Shown: positions 41,374 through 52,771, counted from the first letter of the stretch. The stretch is 64,000 nucleotides of DNA from an uncultured Gemmatimonadales bacterium (GCA_963779755.1 CAVZZO010000001.1:1664001-1728000); one strand, 5' to 3'. Notes: generated from the letters alone by a model not told the origin. Numbers and translations: made by a program.

Positions 41374-43965
41374 GTGCGTCGCTTTACCGGTCTCGTGGTC
41401 TCGTGTGCGCTGATACTGCTCCCCGCGGCGGCCGCCGCCCAGGCGCAGCCCGCCGGCACCGGCGGACTGATGGCGGTGGACCAGCGGCTGCGCATGCTGG
41501 GCGCGGTGCGGCGGGTGCTGGTGATCGGCGCGCATCCCGATGACGAGGACACCGATCTCCTCACCCTGCTAGTGCGGGGCGAGGGCGCCGAAGCGGCCTA
41601 TCTGGCCCTGGACCGGGGGGAGGGCGGCCAGAATCTCATCGGCCCCGAGCTGGGCGAGGCGCTGGGTCTGCTGCGTACCGAGGAACTGATGGGAGCGCGC
41701 CGGCTCGACGGCGCCGGCCAGTTCTTCACCCGGGCCTACGACTTCGGCTTTTCCAAGACGCAGGCCGAGACCTGGACCCACTGGGACAAGGACTCGATCC
41801 TCAAGGACGTGGTGCGGATCATCCGCCGCTATCAGCCGCAGGTGGTGGTGTCGATCTTCAGCGGCACTCCCCGCGACGGCCATGGCCAGCACCAGGCGGC
41901 CGGCTGGGTCGCCCACGAGGCGTTCCGCGTGGCGGGCGATTCGACCGTCTTTCCCGAGCTGGAGCGGCAGGAAGGCCTGGCGCCATGGACACCCGCCAAG
42001 CTCTACCACAGCACCAGCTACGACACGGTGGGCACGACGCTGACGCTCAACAGCGGGGCGCTGGATGCCGTCGTGGGGCAATCCTACCATCAGATCGCCA
42101 TGCGGGGCCGCAGCCAGCACCGCTCGCAGGACATGGGGCGGCTGCAGCGGATGGGGCCGGCCGCGGTGCGGCTGCAGCTCCTGACGGACCGTACCGGGCA
42201 TGGCAGTGGCGGCGTGTTTGCGGGAGTGGATACCTCGCTCTCGGGCAATGCGTTGTTCTCCCGTCCGCTGCAGGCGGGGCCGCATCTCCAGCGTTTTCAT
42301 GCCCTGCTGGATTCCGCACGGGCCAATGCCACGCCGGGGGCGCTGGTCCGCGTGCCCGAGCTGCTGCAGTCGGCCCAGGCCGAGCTGCAGCTGGCGGCCG
42401 GCTCGCCGCGCCGGGAGCTCGAGCCGGTCTCCGCCGCCGGGCGCGATCTGCTGGCGCACCTGCGGGCCGCCTACATGGCGGCGCGGGGGGTCGTGCTCGA
42501 CGCGGTCACGGAGGACGACCGTCTGGTGCCGGGGCAGGCCCTCCCGGTGACCCTGTCGGTCTGGAACACGTCTCCGGCGCCGGCCGGGGTGCGGCTGGAG
42601 GTGCGGCCCGGCATGCCGGGGGAAAGCGCCGCGGGCTCGCTCCGGGGGCGCACCGACTGCGTGTCCGTACCGCCGGGCCAGCTGGTGACCCAGGTGCTGC
42701 AGCTCGCGGTGCCTCCCGACCAGCCCCTTACCAACCCGTACTTTCTCGACCGGCCCCGCCAGGGCGGCATGTACGCGCCGTCCCCGGCGGCGGTGAGCGG
42801 CCTGCCGCGTAACCCGCCGCTGGTCGTGACCGACCTGCGCTCCTGCGATCCCGGCCAGGACCTGATGCAGGAGACCCGGGAAGTGACCGACCGCTTCGTG
42901 GATCAGGCCCAGGGTGAGATCCGCCGACCGCTGGCGGTGGTGCCGAGAGTGGGGGTGGAGCTCGCACCCGGCACGGATCTGTGGCGTGCCGACGGCGGCC
43001 CGGAGCACCGGTTTACCGTGACGCTCACGCACGGGGCGCCGGACTCGACCCGCGGGACCATCGCCCTGGAGGCGCCGGAGGGGTGGACGGTGTCGGACCC
43101 CCAGCGATTCCTGCTGGAAGGCCCGGAGGAACGCGTGGCGTTCACCTTCACGGTGCGGCCTCCGGCGCAGGCGCGCGGGGCGTTCACTCTTCGCGCGGTG
43201 GCGCACGATGCCGACGGGCGCAACTACGCCACCGGCAGCTTCACGGTCGACTACCCTCACATCCGGCCGGTCTTCTACACCCGGTCCGCCACGGCCACCG
43301 TCGATATCGCGTCGCTGGCGCTGCCGAAGCTCTCCCGGGTGGGCTACGTGCGCGGCGCGGCGGACCGGGTGCCGGAAGCGCTGGCCAGCGTGGGTGTACC
43401 CATCGTGATGCTCGGCCCCGCGGAGCTGGAGGAGGGCGATCTTTCGCGCTATGACGCGATCGTCATCGGCAGCCGCGCCTACGAGACCGACTCGGCGCTG
43501 GTGGAGAACAACCGCCGGCTTCTGGCCTATGTGCGCAGCGGCGGGCTGCTCATCGTGCAGTATCAGCAGTATCAGTTCGTGCAGGGCGGTTTCGCGCCCT
43601 TCCCGCTGGCTATCGCGCGGCCGCACGACCGCGTCACCGATGAAAACGCGCCGGTCACGCCGGTGGCGCCCAATGAGCCGGTGCTGACCACGCCCAACCG
43701 GATCGGTCCCGACGACTGGAAGGGCTGGGTACAGGAGCGGGGACTCTATTTTGCCCACACCTGGGATCCGGCCTACACGCCGCAGCTCAGCCTGCACGAC
43801 CCCGGCGAGCCGCCGCTGCAAGGCGGATTGCTGATTGCCCGTTCGGGCCGGGGCACCTACGTCTACACCGGGTTGAGTTTTTTCCGTGAGCTGCCGGCGG
43901 CGGTGCCCGGTGCCTACCGCCTCTTCGCCAACCTGCTGGCGCTGGGACAGCAGCCGCGGCCGTGA
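41374..43965 (+). CDS. Exported PIG-L/LmbE-family deacetylase with Ig-like and C-terminal GATase-like domains
   Basis: Signal peptide; IGAHPDDED, RGEGGQN, GHGQHQ, WVQERGLYF. Confidence 0.88.
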   Translation: MRRFTGLVVSCALILLPAAAAAQAQPAGTGGLMAVDQRLRMLGAVRRVLVIGAHPDDEDTDLLTLLVRGEGAEAAYLALDRGEGGQNLIGPELGEALGLLRTEELMGARRLDGAGQFFTRAYDFGFSKTQAETWTHWDKDSILKDVVRIIRRYQPQVVVSIFSGTPRDGHGQHQAAGWVAHEAFRVAGDSTVFPELERQEGLAPWTPAKLYHSTSYDTVGTTLTLNSGALDAVVGQSYHQIAMRGRSQHRSQDMGRLQRMGPAAVRLQLLTDRTGHGSGGVFAGVDTSLSGNALFSRPLQAGPHLQRFHALLDSARANATPGALVRVPELLQSAQAELQLAAGSPRRELEPVSAAGRDLLAHLRAAYMAARGVVLDAVTEDDRLVPGQALPVTLSVWNTSPAPAGVRLEVRPGMPGESAAGSLRGRTDCVSVPPGQLVTQVLQLAVPPDQPLTNPYFLDRPRQGGMYAPSPAAVSGLPRNPPLVVTDLRSCDPGQDLMQETREVTDRFVDQAQGEIRRPLAVVPRVGVELAPGTDLWRADGGPEHRFTVTLTHGAPDSTRGTIALEAPEGWTVSDPQRFLLEGPEERVAFTFTVRPPAQARGAFTLRAVAHDADGRNYATGSFTVDYPHIRPVFYTRSATATVDIASLALPKLSRVGYVRGAADRVPEALASVGVPIVMLGPAELEEGDLSRYDAIVIGSRAYETDSALVENNRRLLAYVRSGGLLIVQYQQYQFVQGGFAPFPLAIARPHDRVTDENAPVTPVAPNEPVLTTPNRIGPDDWKGWVQERGLYFAHTWDPAYTPQLSLHDPGEPPLQGGLLIARSGRGTYVYTGLSFFRELPAAVPGAYRLFANLLALGQQPRP

Positions 43966-45023
43966 GGCGCGCCGGCGGGCGTGGCAGGGTGGTGGCCGGC
44001 GCCGCGCTGGCGCTGCTGCTCCAGTCCGGCTGCGGCAACGGCGGCCGGATTCCCGTCACCGTCTACTCGCCGCATGGGCGCGACCAGCTGCTGCTGCTGG
44101 AGCATGCCTTCGAGGCCCGGCATCCCGAGATCGATATCCGCTGGCTGGATATGGGCAGCCAGGAGATCCTGGACCGGATCCGGTTCGAGAAGGTGAACCC
44201 GCAGGCGGATGTCTGGTTCGGCGGACCGACGACGATCTTCGACCGCGGCGTGGCCGAGTCGCTGCTGGCCCCGTACCGTCCGGCCTGGGCCGCGTCGGTG
44301 GGCCCCCGCGGGGTCGGTCCGGACGACCTCTACTGGCCGGTGTACCGCACCCCGGCGGTGATCGCCTTCAACAGCGAGGCGGTTTCCACCGCCGAAGCGC
44401 CGCACGACTGGGACGACATGCTGGCGCCGCGCTGGCGTGACCAGGTACTGATTCGCGACCCGGTGGCCAGCGGGACCATGCGCGCCATCTGGGGCCTCAT
44501 CATCGAGCGGAGCCTGCGCGAGACGGGCGATACGGCGGCGGGCATGGCGTGGCTGCGCCGGCTCGACGCCCAGACCCGGACCTACACGCTGAACCCGGCG
44601 ATCCTGGTGGAGAAGCTGGCTCGGCGGGAAGGCCTGGTGACCCTGTGGGACCTGCCCGACATTCTGATCGCGCAGAATCAGCACCTGCCGCTGGGGTATG
44701 TCTTTCCCCGGAGCGGCACGCCGGTGATCGACGATGCCATCGGCCTGGTCCGGGGCGCGCCCCATCCCGCCGCCGCGGAGCTGTTCATCGACTACGTCGG
44801 CAGCAAGGAGGCCGAGATCCTCACCGCGCGCAAGGCGTGGCGGCTTCCGGCCCGGGCCGACCTGCCGGCCGACTCGGTGCCGGCCTGGGTCGCGGAGGTG
44901 AACCGGTCGATGATCGTGGCGGACATGGACTGGCCGCTGCTGGCCCGCAAGGGCTCGGAGTGGATGGGCTACTGGGATCAGCATGTGCGAGGCACTGGAC
45001 GCGAGCGGGAGGGAGGCCAATGA
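43962..45023 (+). CDS. ABC transporter substrate-binding lipoprotein (Fe3+/thiamine/polyamine class)
   Basis: Lipobox QSGC; VYSPHG, NPQADVWFGG, DPVASGT. Confidence 0.88.
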   Translation: MRRAGGRGRVVAGAALALLLQSGCGNGGRIPVTVYSPHGRDQLLLLEHAFEARHPEIDIRWLDMGSQEILDRIRFEKVNPQADVWFGGPTTIFDRGVAESLLAPYRPAWAASVGPRGVGPDDLYWPVYRTPAVIAFNSEAVSTAEAPHDWDDMLAPRWRDQVLIRDPVASGTMRAIWGLIIERSLRETGDTAAGMAWLRRLDAQTRTYTLNPAILVEKLARREGLVTLWDLPDILIAQNQHLPLGYVFPRSGTPVIDDAIGLVRGAPHPAAAELFIDYVGSKEAEILTARKAWRLPARADLPADSVPAWVAEVNRSMIVADMDWPLLARKGSEWMGYWDQHVRGTGREREGGQ

Positions 45024-46084
45024 GCGCGCCGGAGAGCGGCGACTTTCTGCGGGTGGAGGAGCTGACGCGCCGCTTCGGCGAGGTCACGGCGGTGGACCGC
45101 GTCACCCTGGGGATCCCGGCCGGCGAGGTGCTGGCGCTGCTGGGCCCGAGCGGGAGCGGCAAGACCACCACCCTGCGGCTCCTCGCCGGGTTCGAGAGCC
45201 CCGACAGCGGCCGGGTGGTGGTGGACGGCGAGGACGTCACCCGGGTCGCCCCGGTGCACCGCCGGTTCGGCATGGTCTTTCAGCATTACGCGCTGTTCCC
45301 GCACCTCGACGTGGGCGAGAACGTGGCCTTCGGGCTGGAGTCGCTCAAGGTGCGCGGCGGCGAACTGGGCCGGCGGGTCGCCGCGGCCCTGGCCCTGGTG
45401 GATCTGGCCGGCTACGAGCGGCGCCCGGTCTCGGCCCTCTCCGGCGGCCAGCAGCAGCGGGTCGCGGTGGCCCGGGCGCTGGCGCCGGAACCGCGGGTGC
45501 TGCTGCTGGACGAGCCGCTCAGCAACCTCGATCCCGCGCTGCGCGAGCGGACCCGCCGGGAGCTGCGTGACGTGATTCGCCGGGTGGGGATTACCACCGT
45601 GCTGGTGACCCACGAGCAGGAAGAGGCGTTCGACCTGGGCGACCGCATCGCGGTGCTGCGGGAGGGGCGGGTCGAGCAGGTGGGTACGGCCGACGAGCTG
45701 TACGACCGGCCCGCCACGGCGTTCGTTGCCGGGTTCATCGGCCGCGCGGCCGAGCTGCAGGGCGAGCTGCTCGGGAGCGACCGCGCCGCGCGGGTCCGGA
45801 TCGGCAGCGTGGAATGGCCCGCCCGGGTGGTGGGCGCGCGCGCGGGCGACCGGGTCCGGGTGCTGATCCGGCCCGAAGCGCTGCAACTGGAACGCGGAGG
45901 CGGCGGGCTCGCGGGGACGGTCGTGCTGCGCCGCTTCGTGGGGGCGAGCGCGTTCTTCACCGTGGAACTGGAGCAGGGCGGCCAGGTCGAAGTGAGCGCG
46001 GCGCCCGATGCCGCAGCCCCCGGCGATGCGGTGCGCGTCTCGGCCGCCGGCCCGGTCCATGCCTATCCCCTGGCGGCCGGATGA
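45020..46084 (+). CDS. ABC transporter ATP-binding protein (PotA/FbpC-like)
   Basis: GPSGSGKTT, LSGGQQQR, LLLDEPLSNLD, C-terminal TOBE. Confidence 0.93.
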   Translation: MSAPESGDFLRVEELTRRFGEVTAVDRVTLGIPAGEVLALLGPSGSGKTTTLRLLAGFESPDSGRVVVDGEDVTRVAPVHRRFGMVFQHYALFPHLDVGENVAFGLESLKVRGGELGRRVAAALALVDLAGYERRPVSALSGGQQQRVAVARALAPEPRVLLLDEPLSNLDPALRERTRRELRDVIRRVGITTVLVTHEQEEAFDLGDRIAVLREGRVEQVGTADELYDRPATAFVAGFIGRAAELQGELLGSDRAARVRIGSVEWPARVVGARAGDRVRVLIRPEALQLERGGGGLAGTVVLRRFVGASAFFTVELEQGGQVEVSAAPDAAAPGDAVRVSAAGPVHAYPLAAG

Positions 46085-47736
46085 AGCGCCGGCTGCACGC
46101 GGGGGGTGTGCTGCTGCTCCTGGTGCTGCTCTGGCTCGTGGTCTATCCCCTGGTGCTGGTCGCCCTGGGGAGCATCCAGGGACCGGCGGGCTTCACCCTG
46201 GAGTTCTTCCGCCGGTTCGTGGGCCAGCCCAACGAATGGCGGGCGCTCTGGGGCTCGCTGTGGATCTCGGCCGCCACGGTTGTACTGGCCGGTGCGATCG
46301 GCATTCCGCTCGCGTTCTTCTTTGCGCGCTACGATTTCCCCGGCCGGCGGGTGCTGGGGGGGCTGGTGGCGCTGCCGGTGGTCCTGCCGCCGCTGGTGGG
46401 GGTGCTGGCCTTTCTCTTTCTCTTCGGCGAAACCGGGTTCGTCGCCCGGATCGTCATGCTGGTGACCCATGCGGACCAGGCGCCCTGGCGGCTGGAGGGG
46501 CCGGCGGCAATCCTGCTGGTGCACGCGTACTCGATGTACGTGTACTTCTATCTCTTCACCCGCGCCGGGCTGGCCGGACTGGACCAATCCCTGAGCGAGG
46601 CGGCGGCCACCCTGGGGGCGGGGCGGTGGCGCACGCTGCGGCGGGTGACCCTGCCGCTGCTGCGGCCCTCCCTGGTGGGGGCGGCCCTGCTCACCTTCAT
46701 GACCTCGCTCGCCTCGTTCAGCGCCCCCTACATCTTCGGCGGCGGGTTCCGGGTCATGACCACGCAGATCGTCGCCACCCGGCTCAACGGGGATGTGGCC
46801 ATGGCCATGGTGGAGACCCTCTCACTTACCGGCGTCGCGCTGCTGGGGCTGTGGCTGTTGCGGCGCAGCGAGGGCCGGCGCGACGCGGCGCTGCGCCAGA
46901 AGGGCGTGGCACCGGTGCCGCGCCGGATCGCGCGCCCCGGGGTACGCCTGCTGGTCACCGCCGCCGCCTGGGCGCTGGCCATCCTGCTGCTGCTGCCTCA
47001 CGCCACCCTGCTGCTTCTCAGCTTCGTGCCGCTGGGCACCTGGAGCTCGCAGCCGGTGCCGCCGGTCTACTCCCTGGTGAACTACCGGACGCTGGTGACC
47101 GAGGCCCAGCGGCTGCGGCCGCTCATCAACAGTCTGTGGATGGCCACGCTGGCCATGGTGGCGGCCCTGGCGGTGAGCGTGTCGGCCGGGATCCTGGTGG
47201 TGCGCCGCCGGGTGCGTTCCGGCCCCGCCATCGAATCGCTGCTGGTGCTCCCCTGGGCGGTGCCGGGGACCGTCTTCGCCATCGCGCTGGCGACCATGTT
47301 CAGCGTGTCGCAGCCCTGGGCCGGGCGGGTGATCCTGATCGGAACCCTCTGGCTGCTGCCGCTGGCGTATCTCATCCGCAACCTCCCCATGACGGGGCGG
47401 GCAGTGCTGGCCGGCTACCGGCAGCTGGATCCCTCGCTGGAAGAGGCGGCGGCGACGCTGGGAGCGGGCCGGTGGCGCACCCTGCGGCGGGTGACGCTGC
47501 CGCTCCTGCGTCCCGCGCTGGCGGCGGGCGCGGCGCTGGCGTTTGTCACCGGCCTGGGCGATTTCGTCACCTCGATCATGCTGTACACCTATGATACCCG
47601 CCCGATCTCGCTGGAGATCCTCTCCAGCCTGCGCCAGTCGGACATCGGGGTCGCGGCCGCGTACGGCGTGCTGCTCATGCTGCTGAGCGGCCTGGTCTTC
47701 GTGCTCGGCGCGGACCGGCGCATGGCCACCGGATGA
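46081..47736 (+). CDS. ABC transporter permease (duplicated, FbpB-like)
   Basis: Two EAAATLGA EAA motifs. Confidence 0.92.
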   Translation: MKRRLHAGGVLLLLVLLWLVVYPLVLVALGSIQGPAGFTLEFFRRFVGQPNEWRALWGSLWISAATVVLAGAIGIPLAFFFARYDFPGRRVLGGLVALPVVLPPLVGVLAFLFLFGETGFVARIVMLVTHADQAPWRLEGPAAILLVHAYSMYVYFYLFTRAGLAGLDQSLSEAAATLGAGRWRTLRRVTLPLLRPSLVGAALLTFMTSLASFSAPYIFGGGFRVMTTQIVATRLNGDVAMAMVETLSLTGVALLGLWLLRRSEGRRDAALRQKGVAPVPRRIARPGVRLLVTAAAWALAILLLLPHATLLLLSFVPLGTWSSQPVPPVYSLVNYRTLVTEAQRLRPLINSLWMATLAMVAALAVSVSAGILVVRRRVRSGPAIESLLVLPWAVPGTVFAIALATMFSVSQPWAGRVILIGTLWLLPLAYLIRNLPMTGRAVLAGYRQLDPSLEEAAATLGAGRWRTLRRVTLPLLRPALAAGAALAFVTGLGDFVTSIMLYTYDTRPISLEILSSLRQSDIGVAAAYGVLLMLLSGLVFVLGADRRMATG

Positions 47737-48944
47737 CCGCACCGCTTCTCACCAAGACCGATCAGTTCCGCCGGCTCGCGGTGCTCATCGCCACGAGCTT
47801 CATCGACATGATCGGATTCATGATCGTGCTGCCGCTGCTGCCGTTCTACGCCCTGCGGCTGCACGCATCCGATGCCACCATCGGGTGGATCATCGCCAGC
47901 TTCTCGATTGCCCAGCTGATCTCCGCCCCGCTCTGGGGCTGGGTGTCGGACCGCTACGGCCGGCGGCCGGCGCTGCTTATCGGACTGACCGCCAGCGCGA
48001 TCGCCTACGTGGTCTTCGGCCTGGCCGGCACGGTCTGGCTGCTGTTCATCTCCCGCATCGTGCAGGGAGCGGGCGGCGGGACGACGGGGGTGGCGCAGGC
48101 CTACGTGGCCGACACCATCAACCCGTCCGACCGGGCGCGGGCGCTGGGCTGGCTCTCCGCCGCCACCGGTGCGGCGGTCATCATCGGCCCCGGCATCGGT
48201 TCGTTCGCCGCGCGGCTGGGCACCGAGGCGCCCGGATTCTTCGCGGCCGGCCTGTGCGTGGTGAACATTCTGTTCGCGTGGATCTGGCTGCCGGAATCGC
48301 GCAAGCTGGAAGAGGGCGCCGCGCCCCGTCCCCGGCGGGCCCCCTGGCACGGAGTGATGCAGGTGCTGCGGCAGCCGGCCGCCCGGATCTCCCGGCTCAT
48401 GTGGATCTACGGCGGCGGCATGCTGGCCTTCAGCGCCATGACATCGGTCCTGGCGCTGTACCTCAACGCCGAGTTCAAGGTGACCACCGAGAACATCGGT
48501 TACTTCTTCATCTACAACGGCGCGCTCTCGCTGGTGTTCCGGGCGCTGGTGCTGGGGCCGGTGGTGGACCGGATCGGCGAACCGTGGGCCATGCGGCTCG
48601 GCGCCGGGATGCTGATCGTGGGCCTGGCGCTCTTCCCCGAGATGCACAGCCTCTGGACGCTGGTGCCGCTCATGGGGCTCATCCCGGTGGGCACCGCGCT
48701 GCTTTTTCCCGCCACCACGTCGCTCATGTCGCAGCTGGCCCACCGGGCGGAACTGGGCGCCACCATGGGCGTGGCGCAGACCTTTGCCGGCATGGCCCGG
48801 GTCATCTCTCCCATTGCCGCCACCCGGGCCTTCCAGGACCTGGGGCACGAGTGGCCCTTCCTGCTGGGCGCGGCCGTGGTCACGGTGGTGGCGATGCTGA
48901 CGCTGCGGGTGCAGGGCGGGGAACGCGCGCCGGCACCGACCTGA
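47733..48944 (+). CDS. MFS transporter (TetA/DHA1-like)
   Basis: GWVSDRYGRRP, SRIVQGAGGG, AYVAD. Confidence 0.9.
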   Translation: MTAPLLTKTDQFRRLAVLIATSFIDMIGFMIVLPLLPFYALRLHASDATIGWIIASFSIAQLISAPLWGWVSDRYGRRPALLIGLTASAIAYVVFGLAGTVWLLFISRIVQGAGGGTTGVAQAYVADTINPSDRARALGWLSAATGAAVIIGPGIGSFAARLGTEAPGFFAAGLCVVNILFAWIWLPESRKLEEGAAPRPRRAPWHGVMQVLRQPAARISRLMWIYGGGMLAFSAMTSVLALYLNAEFKVTTENIGYFFIYNGALSLVFRALVLGPVVDRIGEPWAMRLGAGMLIVGLALFPEMHSLWTLVPLMGLIPVGTALLFPATTSLMSQLAHRAELGATMGVAQTFAGMARVISPIAATRAFQDLGHEWPFLLGAAVVTVVAMLTLRVQGGERAPAPT

Positions 48945-49022
48945 TCATCCCCGGCGGGTCATGGCCGGCCCGGACACCCCGCAGTAGCTTGCAGGCTGAC
49001 TCCCTTCCGGAATTCTGAGCCC

Positions 49023-50891
49023 ATGTCCGACGACCGTCTGGAACGGCTCGAGCGGCGGGTGGAAGTGCTGGAGCGCCTGATGCGGCAGGTAACCGCGGGG
49101 CGCTCCGGCGCGTCGGACCAGCCGGCGACACCGGCCGCGGAACCCCCGGGAACCCCGGGCCGGCCGCCGGCGACTGCCCGTGCTCCGTCTCCGCCGCCCA
49201 GCTCCTCGTTGCGGAGCTCCCGGCTGCAGGTGCCCCTGGAGGAATGGGTGGGGCAGCGCGGACTCCTGGCCGTGGGCGTGGTAGCGGTGATTCTGGCCGC
49301 GGCCTACCTGCTGAAGCTGGCGATCGATCGCGGCTGGGTTTCCCCCCTGCTGCGGTGCAGCAGCGGTGCCCTCGGCGGGCTGGTGCTGGGTGCCATCGGC
49401 TGGCGCCTGCAGCCCCGGTTCCGTACCTACGGTGCCGCGCTGCTGGGCTGCGGGACCGCGCTCATTTACCTGTCGCTCTGGGCGGCGACGCGCCTGTTTG
49501 GCCTGGTGCCGCCGGTGCCGGCGGTCGCCGGGCTGGTGCTGGTCTCCCTGGTGCTGGCGGCGCTGGCCTTTGCGGTCAACGTGGAGGCGCTGGGCGCGAC
49601 GGCCGCGCTGGGCGCGTTATTCGCGCCGCTGGTGGTGGGCATGCAGACGCCGGACAGCACCCCGCTGCTGGTCTATCTGGGCATCGTGGGCCTGGCTCTG
49701 GGTGCCGCCACGACCCTCCGCCGCTGGCGGATGGCGACGGCGCTGGTGGCGCTCAGTTACTTCGGCCTGGGCGTCCTGGGCGCCCGGGACGCGGCGCCGC
49801 GGCTGGTGTTCGCCTATGCGGTGCTGGGCGGGATGGGCGGCCTCGCCAGCGGCCTGCGAGAGCGCTGGATCGAAACCCGGCTGCTGGCGTTCTCCGGCGG
49901 CTGGGCGCTGCTGGGGATCGCCGCCCGGCATCTCTCGCCCGGCTGGTTGACGCTGGCCGGTGGGATTGCGCTCACGATTCCCGTGTGGCGGCGGGCACTG
50001 GCCCTGGGGCGTCTCTGGCCCTGGCGTCCCCTGCTGGGGCCCGGCGCGGACGCCGGGGAAGCGCTGTATTTCTATCTGTCGCCGCTGCTGCTCGCCTGGG
50101 CGATGCCCCACGCCGCGCCGGAGCTGTTCAGCCGTTATCCCGGGCTGAGCGGCCTGCTGGTCGCGCTGCCGTACCTGGCCGTGGGTCTGGCGCCGGGGCG
50201 GGAGTCCTTTGCCGCGGTCGCCCTGGCGGCTCTGGCTGCCGGCAGTGCCGCGCAGTGGACCGGTATTTCCCGGAGCATGGCGCTGGTGCTGCTCGCGATG
50301 GGCGCAGGACTGGCCGGGTGGCGCAGTGGGCGCCGCGACTGGGGCGGGTACGCACTGGGGCTGCTTGCGCTCGCCCTGGCCTGGCTGGTGGAGATGGCGT
50401 CGTTGCGGCCCGTCACCGCACCCGCGTTCCGGGATACCTGGGCGCTGGTCCTGTGGCTCCTGACGCTGGTGTCATCCCTGCTGGCCGCGCGGCTGTTGCC
50501 CCGCGACCGTCCCGGGGGCGGTGTACCCCTGGTTGTCCTGGCCTGGGCCGGGGCGGGGGGATTGCTGCTCTTCGGCGTGACGGGGGAACTGTTGCGCCTC
50601 TTCCGGCAGTGGTCCCTCTCGCCCGAAACGGGCCAGCTGGCGGGGGGCCTGGCCGTCAGCGCCTGGTGGATTCTCTTTGCCGCGGGACTGGTCCTGCTGG
50701 GCTTTCAGCGCAACTGGCGCGGGGTACGGCTGGCCGGGCTGTCGGTGGCCGGGCTGGCGCTGGCCAAGGTGCTGGCGGTGGACCTCTCCAGCCTCAGTGC
50801 GCTCTACCGGGTGGGGTCGGTGTTATTCCTGGGGCTGGTCTCGCTGGCGCTGGCCTATGTCTATCATCAGCGCGGCCGTGCGGGCTCCTGA
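49023..50891 (+). CDS. DUF2339-like polytopic membrane protein
   Basis: LERLERRV N-terminus; E.W.G.R.L..VG; KV...DLS.L..LYRV.S. Confidence 0.8.
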   Translation: MSDDRLERLERRVEVLERLMRQVTAGRSGASDQPATPAAEPPGTPGRPPATARAPSPPPSSSLRSSRLQVPLEEWVGQRGLLAVGVVAVILAAAYLLKLAIDRGWVSPLLRCSSGALGGLVLGAIGWRLQPRFRTYGAALLGCGTALIYLSLWAATRLFGLVPPVPAVAGLVLVSLVLAALAFAVNVEALGATAALGALFAPLVVGMQTPDSTPLLVYLGIVGLALGAATTLRRWRMATALVALSYFGLGVLGARDAAPRLVFAYAVLGGMGGLASGLRERWIETRLLAFSGGWALLGIAARHLSPGWLTLAGGIALTIPVWRRALALGRLWPWRPLLGPGADAGEALYFYLSPLLLAWAMPHAAPELFSRYPGLSGLLVALPYLAVGLAPGRESFAAVALAALAAGSAAQWTGISRSMALVLLAMGAGLAGWRSGRRDWGGYALGLLALALAWLVEMASLRPVTAPAFRDTWALVLWLLTLVSSLLAARLLPRDRPGGGVPLVVLAWAGAGGLLLFGVTGELLRLFRQWSLSPETGQLAGGLAVSAWWILFAAGLVLLGFQRNWRGVRLAGLSVAGLALAKVLAVDLSSLSALYRVGSVLFLGLVSLALAYVYHQRGRAGS

Positions 50892-50987
50892 GAGCGGGGC
50901 TCGCGCGATCTTCCGGGAGCGTGTTTATTACGTCACCCCCGCCCCCGGGCGGGCGGTCGGTATATTCGTCTGTTCTCGGGAGTTACG

Positions 50988-52709
50988 GTGACCCTGGCTT
51001 CGCTTCCCGCCAGTCCGGAGGGCTTTGCCCACGCCGGCTGGGCTGACATCCTGCCGTTTTATGAAGAGCTGGCGACCCGCGCACTCGATCACGAGCGGGT
51101 CGAGTCCTGGCTGGCAGACTGGTCGCGCCTGGAAACGCTGGTGACCGAGGCGGCGGCGCTGGCCCAGATCGCCTATACGGTGAATACCGAGGATGCGGCG
51201 CGGGAAGCCGACCACCTCCGGTTCTCCACCGAAATTCTTCCCCGGATGGACGAGCAAGGAGTGCGGCTGGCCCGCCGCCTGGTCGACCTGGGCTACGAGC
51301 GCCCCGGGCTGGAGCCCATGCTGGCCTGCTTCCGGACGCAGATCGCCATCTTCCGCGAAGCCAACGTGCCGCTGTTCTCCACCCTGGAAGAGCTGTCGGC
51401 GCGCTATCAGAAGATCACCGGCGGCATGATGGCCGAGTGGGAGGGCCGGCCGGTGACCCTGCCGCAACTGCAGCCCTATCTGCGCAGCCTGGATCGCGCG
51501 AAACGGGAACGCGCCTTCCACCGCCTGAACGAGCCCTACCAGGCGCGCCATACGGAGCTGGCCGAGCTGTTCACCCGCATGTTCGAGCTCCGTTCGCGGG
51601 TGGCGGCCAATGCGGGCTTCGACGATTTCCGGGCGTTCTCATTCCAGGCCAAGTGCCGTTTCGACTACACGCCCGCCGACTGCGAGCGCTTCCATGCGGC
51701 GGTCGAGGCCGTGGTCTCGCCCGCGGTGGAACGGGTCTATGCCCGGCGGCGGGAGCGATTGGGGCTGGAACGGCTGCGCCCCTGGGACGTGCAGGTCGAC
51801 GCCTTCGGGCGGCCCGCCCTGCGGCCCTTCGAGCAGGTGGACGACCTGATCGCGGCCTCCGGGCGGGTGATGCAGCGCCTCGATCCGGTGCTGGGCGACG
51901 AGTTCGACACCATGGCGCGCGAGCATCTGCTCGACCTCGATACCCGCCGGGGCAAGGCGCCGGGCGGCTACTGCGAGACGCTGCATTTCCGGGGCCGGCC
52001 CTTCATCTTCATGAACGCCTCGGGCACGCTGGACGACGTCACCACCCTGTTCCACGAGTCGGGACACGCGTTCCACGCGTTCGCGTCGCATCCGCTCCCG
52101 CTCATCTGGCAGCGCCATCCCAGCATGGAGGCGGCCGAGCTGGCCTCCATGTCCATGGAGCTGCTCGCGCTGCCGCAGCTGGGAGCCGGGGACGGGGTGC
52201 TGAGCTCCGAAGAATTCGCCCGGGCCCGGGTGGAGCACCTGGAAGACATCCTGGTCAGCCTGGCGCACATCGCGTCGGTCGACGCGTTCCAGGGCTGGAT
52301 CTATACCAGCGGCCGCGGCAGCGATGCGGCGGCCCGCGACCAGGCCTGGCTGGATATCCGGGACCGCTTCGAGCGCGGGGTGGACTGGACCGGTCTCGAG
52401 CCGGTCCGGGTGGCGCGGTGGTACCGCCAGCTCCATATCTTCCTGTACCCGTTCTACTACATCGAGTACGGGATCGCGCAACTGGGCGCGCTGCAGGTGT
52501 GGCGCAACAGCCTGAAAGATCCGGCCGGCGCGCTGCGCCGCTACCGCGAGGCGCTGGCGCTGGGCAACACCACGACGCTGCCGGCGATCTACCGGGCCGC
52601 CGGGGCGCGCCTGGTATTCGACCGCGAGGGCATGGCCGAGCTGGTCGCGCTGGTCGAGCAGGAGCTGGAGGCGGCGGAAGAGACGATTACCGCGGGACGC
52701 ACCGCCTGA
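50988..52709 (+). CDS. pepF: M3 oligoendopeptidase F family
   Basis: [39 protein letters not shown]. Confidence 0.9.
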   Translation: MTLASLPASPEGFAHAGWADILPFYEELATRALDHERVESWLADWSRLETLVTEAAALAQIAYTVNTEDAAREADHLRFSTEILPRMDEQGVRLARRLVDLGYERPGLEPMLACFRTQIAIFREANVPLFSTLEELSARYQKITGGMMAEWEGRPVTLPQLQPYLRSLDRAKRERAFHRLNEPYQARHTELAELFTRMFELRSRVAANAGFDDFRAFSFQAKCRFDYTPADCERFHAAVEAVVSPAVERVYARRRERLGLERLRPWDVQVDAFGRPALRPFEQVDDLIAASGRVMQRLDPVLGDEFDTMAREHLLDLDTRRGKAPGGYCETLHFRGRPFIFMNASGTLDDVTTLFHESGHAFHAFASHPLPLIWQRHPSMEAAELASMSMELLALPQLGAGDGVLSSEEFARARVEHLEDILVSLAHIASVDAFQGWIYTSGRGSDAAARDQAWLDIRDRFERGVDWTGLEPVRVARWYRQLHIFLYPFYYIEYGIAQLGALQVWRNSLKDPAGALRRYREALALGNTTTLPAIYRAAGARLVFDREGMAELVALVEQELEAAEETITAGRTA

Positions 52710-52771
52710 GCGAGGGCGGTTGCCCGGCCGGAATTCCCGGCCCCGCTTTACCCGAAGATGAGAGGCACTGG

